Positions 57,252 to 64,000 of a DNA stretch of 64,000 bases are shown piece by piece. The notes beneath the pieces were generated by a model. That model was not told the DNA's origin. It saw only the letters and a list, made by a program, of their open reading frames with translations, and searched no databases. Numbering within the stretch: the first letter of the stretch is position 1; the number at the start of each line of letters is the position of its first letter. A program made the position numbers and the translations under genes. The stretch is from an uncultured archaeon (GTDB lineage: Archaea > Altiarchaeota > Altiarchaeia > JAFGQM01): NCBI GenBank assembly GCA_964619365.1, contig CAZUDQ010000007.1:22179-86178 (forward strand), given 5' to 3'.

Positions 57252-58256
57252 TTAGCTTGATTCTGGGGCTTCGCCCTCAGATTTAGCGTCATTACTTGAT
57301 TCCGCGGGGGTCGCCTGAGTCTCCTCGGGCTTATCCCCTGTAGTGTCTTCTGTTTTTTCCTCAGAAGGAGTCTCTTCTTTTTTCTCTTCTGCAACCGGAG
57401 CAGGCGCGGATGCACCTGGCTCATAGTTTGCGGCTTTTGCAACTGAGTTTGCCTCGCGAGTACCTTTCTCAAGGAAGTAGTCGACTGTCTCATCATTGAT
57501 GATTTCAGCCTCTATTGCAAGGTTTCTTGCCCAGGTTGCAGCCTTTGTCAAGAGTATTGGCATTGTCTGCTTTGTCGGATATGCAACCTCGACTGCAAGA
57601 TTCTGAGCCTTGCGAGCTGCATCGACAAATTGTGCGAATGTCGTTTCTGTATCTATGTTAAGAGTGTCTGAAGAGTAAATCATTCCGTCTTCAAGCGCTA
57701 CACGGATATTCACTCCGATTTCCATCGGGAATATCTCAAGCTGCGTTAGGACGTTTGCAAGTTGTGAACTGAAAACTTCGCCTTCTTTTATGACTGGCGA
57801 GTCTGCAACAATCACAATTATCGGTCCTTGTATCTTTGCTTTTATGCCCACAGCCTGAAGGTCTCCGATTATTGGGCCTGGTTTAAAAGATGTATCTCCT
57901 GCTGGAACGATTAAGTCCATTGGAGCTTTCTGACCTGCCTTTGCAGGTGCGTTAACACGGCTTGAATAGAACTTCTGATAAAGCTTAAAGGGGTTATCAT
58001 TCGAAAAGATGAATGCGGTTGGCCCGTCGATTGACTCAAGAAGATCTGTTGCACCCGGGCGACTGCTCTTTTTAATAGCCATCTTCGCAAGGGTGTTTTT
58101 TGTCACCTTCATGTCAAGGTCATCCCTTACTTTTGCACGAATCTCTGCCATCTGGCGAGAAGGCATACCTAAAATTGAAGCTACTGCAACGACTTTGCTC
58201 TCGTTTATCTTCTTTGTCAGCTCCTCGACTGCCTTATATTTCCACTTAGCTGGCAT
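57252..58256 (-). CDS. rplP0: 50S ribosomal protein P0 (L10)
   Basis: KVTKNTL, SNDNPFKL, APAKAG, PAGDTSFKPGP. Confidence 0.95.
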   Translation of the reverse strand: MPAKWKYKAVEELTKKINESKVVAVASILGMPSRQMAEIRAKVRDDLDMKVTKNTLAKMAIKKSSRPGATDLLESIDGPTAFIFSNDNPFKLYQKFYSSRVNAPAKAGQKAPMDLIVPAGDTSFKPGPIIGDLQAVGIKAKIQGPIIVIVADSPVIKEGEVFSSQLANVLTQLEIFPMEIGVNIRVALEDGMIYSSDTLNIDTETTFAQFVDAARKAQNLAVEVAYPTKQTMPILLTKAATWARNLAIEAEIINDETVDYFLEKGTREANSVAKAANYEPGASAPAPVAEEKKEETPSEEKTEDTTGDKPEETQATPAESSNDAKSEGEAPESS

Positions 58257-58257
58257 T

Positions 58258-58893
58258 TTACTTGCTAATCAACTTGACCGCAGGACCCATGGTCTGCTTA
58301 ATCATTACTGTCTTTATGTTATTTTCCCTTGTTGGAAGCTTCTCAACAAGCGCGTTATATACTGCTACGGTGTTTGCCGCGAGCTGGGAGTCTGCCATAT
58401 CCTCTGTTCCTATTGAACAGGAAATAGTCTGAGGTGTATTCCCCTTGCTCTTAAGTGTTATTGTATTTTTGAATCTTGTTACCATCGGCGTAGGATCTGC
58501 TGCCGGTGGAAGTGGCTGAGGCATTTTTCCTCTTGTAGAAAGGTACTTACCCCATCCCTTACCGATTTCAACCATAAGGTTTGCCTGGGCGATGAAAAAG
58601 TCCATTGACTCAGCAACCTTCCTCATCTCCTTTGGCGTCTTCTTTATCTCTTTGTCTGTTATCTTAAGGTCGGCATTCTTTGCCTTGCCCAAGAAATCAG
58701 TGTCCCCGAAAAGACCTACTTTTAGGTCCTTGCCACGACCCTGCGGCAAGATTACTTTTAGGTCTATTCTATTTGAGGGGTTCTTGAAATCAATATTTTG
58801 CAGATTGAAGACTAAGTCTACAGACTGCTTGAATTTGCGCTTTGGTGTGTTTCGCACCTGCGCCATTGCTGTTAGAACATCTTGTTCGTTCAT
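58258..58893 (-). CDS. rpl1: 50S ribosomal protein L1
   Basis: KRKFKQSVDL, RGKMPQP, IGTEDM, KQTMGP. Confidence 0.95.
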   Translation of the reverse strand: MNEQDVLTAMAQVRNTPKRKFKQSVDLVFNLQNIDFKNPSNRIDLKVILPQGRGKDLKVGLFGDTDFLGKAKNADLKITDKEIKKTPKEMRKVAESMDFFIAQANLMVEIGKGWGKYLSTRGKMPQPLPPAADPTPMVTRFKNTITLKSKGNTPQTISCSIGTEDMADSQLAANTVAVYNALVEKLPTRENNIKTVMIKQTMGPAVKLISK

Positions 58894-59013
58894 CTTGTTA
58901 ATGTGATATCAAAAGAACTACTGCAACTAAGACAGTAAGCGCTTAGTTTGCAACACATAGTATAAAAAGCTTTCGTGAAAATAATAAAAAAGAAAAGAAA
59001 TAATGGAGGAAGA

Positions 59014-59703
59014 TTATTCCTCCTTCTTTTCATCTTCTGCCGTTTCAGCTTCGGGAGTTTCTCCTTCTGCGTCAACTTTTCCAGCTTCTGCCTTTTCAGC
59101 GTCTGCTTCTGCCTTTTCAGCTTCTGCGGCTTCCAAATCAGCGAGTTCGCCTGCGTGCTCAAGCTTGGCATCCTCTAGTTCTGAATCCATAAGCTTTTGT
59201 TTTTCTGCTGAAACTTCGGTTTTGCCTCCGTAGATTGCATCGTCGAATTTTCCTGCGTTTACAGCCTTTATCGCGTCGGCAGGTTCCATCCCTTCTACAA
59301 GGACTCCAAGAGATGTGCATGAACCGATTATGGTTTTGGCCGCACTCTTTAAGTCACTGCAATTAAGGGAATCAATCTTCATTGTTGATACTTTTATAAT
59401 CTGCTCAATAGCAAGATTTCCTACCTTATCAACTTTTGGATTTCCTGAGAGCTTATCAATGCCCATCTCCTTTTTTACAAGCTGTGAAACCGGTGGTGAT
59501 CCTGTCTTTATCTCAAAGGCTTTTGTCGCAATGTCGATTGTGACTTCGACAGGGACTTTCATGCCCGCAAAATCTTTTGTCTTCTCGTTTATTGCGGCAA
59601 TTACTTGCCCTACGTTTATCCCTGTTGGTCCTAGTGCAGGTCCAAGGGGGGGTCCGGCTGATGCCTTGCCCGCCTCGACAAGCACGTTTATTTTTTGTGC
59701 CAT
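59014..59703 (-). CDS. rpl11: 50S ribosomal protein L11 with acidic C-terminal extension
   Basis: GKASAGPPLGPALGP, INEKTKDFAGMKVPV, IIGSCTSLGV. Confidence 0.95.
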   Translation of the reverse strand: MAQKINVLVEAGKASAGPPLGPALGPTGINVGQVIAAINEKTKDFAGMKVPVEVTIDIATKAFEIKTGSPPVSQLVKKEMGIDKLSGNPKVDKVGNLAIEQIIKVSTMKIDSLNCSDLKSAAKTIIGSCTSLGVLVEGMEPADAIKAVNAGKFDDAIYGGKTEVSAEKQKLMDSELEDAKLEHAGELADLEAAEAEKAEADAEKAEAGKVDAEGETPEAETAEDEKKEE

Positions 59704-59741
59704 TTTTTCTAAGGAAGTTTGCGAAGTCCGAGAAAGGTTTC

Positions 59742-60554
59742 CTAAGCTTTCTTTGAGACTATTATCTCAGGGTCGTCATCGTCGTCCCCTCCGAAGTAAT
59801 TAGCATCTTCTTCAGCTGCCTTTTCTTCGTCGATATCGTCTTCATTTTCTGCTTTGGAGACCTCACTGTCCTCCTCTTTTGAATCTGATTTTTTCTCCTC
59901 TTTCTTTGGCTTTATAGGTTCCTCATAGGTATCCTTTGCCAGGAAAAGGTCTTCTTCCTCTTCATCATCATCGTCCATTTTAAGCGCAGGAAGCGGACCT
60001 TCGCCTATCATTGGCCCGACAATCTTTTTCGCTTTTTCCTTGGCACGTGAAGCTTCTGCGGTTTCCTGAGTGACACGGTCAACAACCTTTATGTGCATAC
60101 CTTTTGCAGTAACGGGTATTGGTACTGTCGCCTCGATAAGTTCGACTGTGACTTCTTCTTTGCCGCTATCAATTCTGATGACTTTTGCTTTCTCACCCTT
60201 AAACGGTCCTGCGATAAGTTCGACCATATCGCCTTTTGAAACGTCAAGAACTGCAGACTTTGGTTCAAGGAGGTGCTTTACTTCTTTTTCAAATTCAAGC
60301 TCGCCTTTGACAAAACCTTTTGTGTGGGGCACACCCTGAACAAGGAGAATCGCATCTCCGAGGTCGCGTGCCTCCATGAAAACATATCCTTTAATCGGGG
60401 CAGGGTGGAATAAACCATATACACCAGGACCTTCTCCGCCGGTTCTCTTTGCGTATTCTATTTCGCCTATAGCTTTCTGGTAAAGCATATCAACAACTGA
60501 GTCTTCCTGAGTTGTCGTTGTCCTTAGGAGGTAAAAATGCGATTCTTCTTCCAT
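59742..60554 (-). CDS. spt5: Transcription elongation factor Spt5 (NGN plus KOW) with long acidic tail
   Basis: KGYVFMEA, GDMVELIAGPFKGEKAKV, EATVPIPVT. Confidence 0.94.
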   Translation of the reverse strand: MEEESHFYLLRTTTTQEDSVVDMLYQKAIGEIEYAKRTGGEGPGVYGLFHPAPIKGYVFMEARDLGDAILLVQGVPHTKGFVKGELEFEKEVKHLLEPKSAVLDVSKGDMVELIAGPFKGEKAKVIRIDSGKEEVTVELIEATVPIPVTAKGMHIKVVDRVTQETAEASRAKEKAKKIVGPMIGEGPLPALKMDDDDEEEEDLFLAKDTYEEPIKPKKEEKKSDSKEEDSEVSKAENEDDIDEEKAAEEDANYFGGDDDDDPEIIVSKKA

Positions 60555-60605
60555 TTTGTTTGATAATATTATAGTTAATTAACTGTGTGAGTAAGTAATA
60601 GCGCC

Positions 60606-60797
60606 TTAGAGTATTCCTGAAAGGAGCGATTTTACGAGTATGAACACGAGACCTATTGTCCCTAAGATGACTATACCTATTGCAGTTATCTTTGCGACGT
60701 CGTCGTACTCCATGCGCGTCGGCTTCTTTGAGAGTTTTAGTATGCGCTTTGCCTCAGTTGGAAAATGCGCCAAGATTTGTAGCGTGCTTTCAGTCAT
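60606..60797 (-). CDS. secE: Protein translocase SecE/Sec61-gamma
   Basis: RILKLSKKPTRMEY...GIVILGTIG; conserved ftsZ-secE-spt5 order. Confidence 0.9.
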   Translation of the reverse strand: MTESTLQILAHFPTEAKRILKLSKKPTRMEYDDVAKITAIGIVILGTIGLVFILVKSLLSGIL

Positions 60798-60960
60798 CGT
60801 TCTTAGATAGTGAACCCTAAGCTAGTAGATTCAATGGAATTTAGCGGTATATGGTATAAAAATAAAACTCATGTGTTACGAGAGAACAAGAAAAATAATT
60901 ATAAAATAAAAAAGTTTTTCCGGCGACAAAACAGCCGCCGGGTTTTTGCTGCTCTTGAAA

Positions 60961-62067
60961 TTAGATATACTCTACATCAAGGTCAACAGGTTGCTTTTTT
61001 GAGTGATGGCCGCCCAAGTCCATGTCAGGGGATGACCTGACGCCTGAGACGACAAGCATTACCTGAACAACGTTCTTTGAGAGGTTCTCATCAATCTGAG
61101 CTCCCCAGAGAATATTCGAGTCTGGCGATATCTTGCCTGAGAGATACTCAACGGCAGCTTCAGCTTCCTGTAAGGTCATATCGGGGCCGCCGATAACGTT
61201 TACGAGAGCGCGGTCTGCAGTTGAAACATCAGTGTCAAGCAGCGGGCTCTGGAGTGCTTCTTCGATTGCCTCGATTGCACGGTTCTCAGAGAATGTTTCG
61301 CTGGTTGATTCGCCCATTCCAATAACTGCTGTACCGCCGTTTGAAAGGACTGTTCTAAGGTCTGCAAAGTCAAGGTTTACAAGACCTGGCTTTGTCACCA
61401 TCTCTGTTGTCCCCTTAAGCGAGTTTGCAAGAAGCTCATCAGCGACCTTAAATGCCGCGTTAAGTGGCAAGTCTGGAACGATGCTAAGAAGCTTATCATT
61501 CGGTATTACAATTACTGTGTCTGTGTTCTTCCTTAGTTTTGCAAGAGCTTCTTCGGCATTCTGCCAGCGCGTTTTTCCTTCCACATGGAAGGGTGCTGTG
61601 ACAATTGCCACTGTGACGGAACCTGAATCTTTTGCGACTTCTGCAATGACAGGTGCCGCGCCGGATCCTGTTCCTCCACCAAGTCCGCATGTGATAAATG
61701 TAAGGTCGCTTCCCTGAAGGGCTGCTGCAATCTCATCAAGACTCTCTTTTGCTGAACTTTCTCCAACCGTTGGGTCAGAGCCTGCGCCAAGACCGCCTGT
61801 AAGCTCTGCGCCAAGAAGAACTTTCTTGTCAGATACTGCATACAAAAGATCCTGAGCATCAGTGTTCATGGTTACTGTCTCAGAGCCGTCTACCCCCATC
61901 TCAGTAAGGCGAGTTACAGTGTTGCATCCTGCACCACCTACGCCAACTACCTTAATTGATGTTTTAAGACCATCAATGAGCCTCATTAGCTGCTCATCTG
62001 TCTCACTTAATTGTCCCCCTTCAAAGCGCATTGACTTGTCTGCCGCACTCTTAACTATTTTTCTCAT
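60961..62067 (-). CDS. ftsZ: Cell division protein FtsZ
   Basis: VGVGGAGCN, GLGGGTGSG tubulin signature, NLDFAD. Confidence 0.97.
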   Translation of the reverse strand: MRKIVKSAADKSMRFEGGQLSETDEQLMRLIDGLKTSIKVVGVGGAGCNTVTRLTEMGVDGSETVTMNTDAQDLLYAVSDKKVLLGAELTGGLGAGSDPTVGESSAKESLDEIAAALQGSDLTFITCGLGGGTGSGAAPVIAEVAKDSGSVTVAIVTAPFHVEGKTRWQNAEEALAKLRKNTDTVIVIPNDKLLSIVPDLPLNAAFKVADELLANSLKGTTEMVTKPGLVNLDFADLRTVLSNGGTAVIGMGESTSETFSENRAIEAIEEALQSPLLDTDVSTADRALVNVIGGPDMTLQEAEAAVEYLSGKISPDSNILWGAQIDENLSKNVVQVMLVVSGVRSSPDMDLGGHHSKKQPVDLDVEYI

Positions 62068-62202
62068 TTTAACTTACCACCGTTATCATTAAAGTCGGAG
62101 CGATTTTGCAAATACACTTTCACCCTCCACTAAAAAGTGGTATGTGCGCTAGTTGCCCCAACACAGCGTGAAATTAAATGAAGAGAGTTAAAAAACCTTA
62201 CT

Positions 62203-62340
62203 CTTGGATATACTAGTATGGTATAACTCTTGGGATATGTTCTTCCCTAAAAATAAGCCCCATATGGGCTGAGCTTAATTCACGAGGGAAAAGGGGAACT
62301 GAGGGGGGTCATTTAGTTATACTATGCCAGTATTACTAAG
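62203..62340 (+). ncRNA. Putative structured RNA element in the ftsZ-pheS intergenic region
   Basis: TACTAGTATGGTATAACT pairs with AGTTATACTATGCCAGTA (17 of 18, including G-U); inner AGCCC-CATAT-GGGCT hairpin; TTCCCT/AGGGAA stem. Confidence 0.4.
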
Positions 62341-62434
62341 CTCAAAATACTGTATTTGATAATGGGACAGAGATTGGATGAATTACTGCTTGTTTTTTTA
62401 GGTCGCAATCGGCAAAATATGTGACAACGATAAA

Positions 62435-63910
62435 ATGCCAAGTGCAAGAGAAATAGAGTTTTTGGGGCTTATTGAAAAGATGCCCTTTGGCGATGCCGTC
62501 ACAAAATCAGGGATGGGTGATGGCGCCTACTCTGCAGCCCACGCTCTAGCTCAAGAAGGCTTAATCAACCTTTCAGAAAAAGTTTCAGAAATAGTCTCAT
62601 TGGGACCTGAAGGAGAAACTTATGCAAAAGAAGGTCTGCCAGAAAGGCGCGCCATTTCCTCGGCAAAGAATGGCGAGATAGAAATCAGGTCGCTTGGCAA
62701 AGAGACTCCAATTGTCCTTTCCTGGATTAAAAGAAAGGGGTGGGGGGATATTGCCGGCGGGAAAATCGTTCTTAACAAAAGTGATAAAGACATGGGAAGG
62801 GGTGATGATGAAAAAGTCCTTGAAATCTTGCTTGACGGTCCAAAGCCCTTATCTGAACTGGCAAATCTAAAAGAAGGAATAAATCTTCTTCTGGCTCGCC
62901 AAAACAACATCACGATAAAAGAGGAAAAAACCTTCTCTGCCAAGATAACCCCTGCTGGCAAAAAGCTCCTTTCGGGCGGCAAAATACCTGAGTCGGGTGT
63001 TGGCGAACTCACTCATGATATGCTTATGGCGGGAAGCTTGCAAGGTAAATCATTCAGACGCTACGGAATAAGGGAGGCTGAAGAAGTATATCCCGCAAAG
63101 CCTCATCCACTCAGGCTTGCAATAGATAAGATAAGAAAGATATATTTTGAGATGGGTTTTGAAGAGGTGACGGGCGACTTTGTCGAATCTGCCTTCTGGA
63201 ACTTTGACGCCCTTTTTCAGCCACAAGACCACCCCGCACGGGATATGGCCGATACATTCTACCTTTCAAACATCAGCCATGAGGTGCCGGGGAAAGAAGC
63301 AAAAGAAGTCTCAAAGATGCATGAGAACGGAGGAGACCTTAACTCTCGTGGATGGGGGTACAAATGGGATCCTGCGGTTGCGGCTCAAAGCATCCTTAGG
63401 ACGCACACTACAACGCTTTCTGCTAGAGGCCTTGGAAAAATGGACGCTTCAGAGCTTCCAAAAAAGTTATTTTCAGTAGGGCGCGTATTCAGGAACGAGA
63501 CTCTTGATTACAAACACTTAGCAGAGTTCCACCAAGTAGAAGGAATAGTTATTGGAAAAGAAGGCGAAGAGCCTAATTTCAGGAATCTTCTCTGGTATCT
63601 AAAGAAGTTCTACAACAAACTTGGCTTTGAGAAGGTGCGCTTCCGACCTGCTTACTTCCCATATACTGAGATGAGCTGTGAACCTGAAGTATATTTTAAG
63701 GAAAGAAAGGAGTGGGTAGAGCTTGGAGGTTCCGGGATACTCAGGCCTGAAGTTGTAAAACCACTTCTTGGAATTGACGTTCCTGTCCTTGCATGGGGCC
63801 TTGGAATAGAGCGCGCAGTCATGTTAAGGATGGGGGTAAGCGACCTTAGAACATTCTACAAAAACGACCTTGACTGGCTAAGAAAGTATTCTGTCAGAAA
63901 CGTTATCTAA
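62435..63910 (+). CDS. pheS: Phenylalanine--tRNA ligase alpha subunit (archaeal type)
   Basis: FWNFDALFQPQDHPARDMADTF, LRTHTT, FRNETLDYKHLAEFHQVEG, FRPAYFPYTE, WGLGIER. Confidence 0.97.
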   Translation: MPSAREIEFLGLIEKMPFGDAVTKSGMGDGAYSAAHALAQEGLINLSEKVSEIVSLGPEGETYAKEGLPERRAISSAKNGEIEIRSLGKETPIVLSWIKRKGWGDIAGGKIVLNKSDKDMGRGDDEKVLEILLDGPKPLSELANLKEGINLLLARQNNITIKEEKTFSAKITPAGKKLLSGGKIPESGVGELTHDMLMAGSLQGKSFRRYGIREAEEVYPAKPHPLRLAIDKIRKIYFEMGFEEVTGDFVESAFWNFDALFQPQDHPARDMADTFYLSNISHEVPGKEAKEVSKMHENGGDLNSRGWGYKWDPAVAAQSILRTHTTTLSARGLGKMDASELPKKLFSVGRVFRNETLDYKHLAEFHQVEGIVIGKEGEEPNFRNLLWYLKKFYNKLGFEKVRFRPAYFPYTEMSCEPEVYFKERKEWVELGGSGILRPEVVKPLLGIDVPVLAWGLGIERAVMLRMGVSDLRTFYKNDLDWLRKYSVRNVI

Positions 63911-64000
63911 GAATAAGCTTAGAGTTTCTCTGGTTTCACTCCCGTTTTTCTCCTGGATGCAAAGACTATAATCAATATGGCTGCGATTATTACTGCAATA

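Noticed and set aside
58922-58952. Hairpin upstream of rpl1 as an L1 autoregulatory site
   Set aside because: Lacks the recognisable L1-binding internal-loop consensus and overlaps the probable promoter/TSS region
60920-60941. CCGGCG/CGCCGG inverted repeat downstream of ftsZ
   Set aside because: Only a 6-bp stem; plausibly part of a terminator but too weak to call
62178-62302. Box C/D sRNA reading of the ftsZ-pheS element (ATGAAGA plus two CTGA)
   Set aside because: Box spacing is atypical and I could not match the putative guides to conserved rRNA or tRNA sequence
1-64000. CRISPR array, cas genes, transposases, integrases, rRNA genes
   Set aside because: No regularly spaced repeats and no recognisable motifs for these were seen
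63977-64000. Possible start of pheT (MAAIITAI)
   Set aside because: Only eight codons are visible, which is not enough to identify it

Overview
Archaeal chromosomal window, most likely from a DPANN lineage (Diapherotrites/Micrarchaeota-like; inferred from gene style, not from a search). It carries archaeal informational genes: Alba, ATP-dependent DNA ligase, RFC-L, GlyRS, PheS, and the ftsZ-secE-spt5-rpl11-rpl1-rplP0-rpl12 block. It also has a six-pilin class III signal-peptide cluster with a TadB/C-like platform gene, tRNA-Glu(TTC), and many biosynthetic genes, some bacterial-looking (aroA, chorismate mutase, hisF/hisI, argC, thrC, pyrE, panD, gpmA, bacterial-type aspS). Standout unannotated signals: (i) a box C/D guide sRNA at 36784-36882 whose two guides match the 23S rRNA A-loop, predicting Um2552 and Cm2558; (ii) a dispersed set of very basic orphan proteins with Pro/Lys/Arg leaders (mostly M-P-x-P-K/R), carrying CheD/CNF1-like deamidase, FHA and repeated HTH-like domains, which are candidate host-directed effectors; (iii) a structured non-coding element upstream of pheS; (iv) an AT-rich SseB/KaiC/FIST segment around tRNA-Glu; (v) an encapsulin-type ferritin with no shell gene or targeting tail. 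No CRISPR array, transposase or integrase was seen. All calls come from motif recognition by eye; no database search was run.
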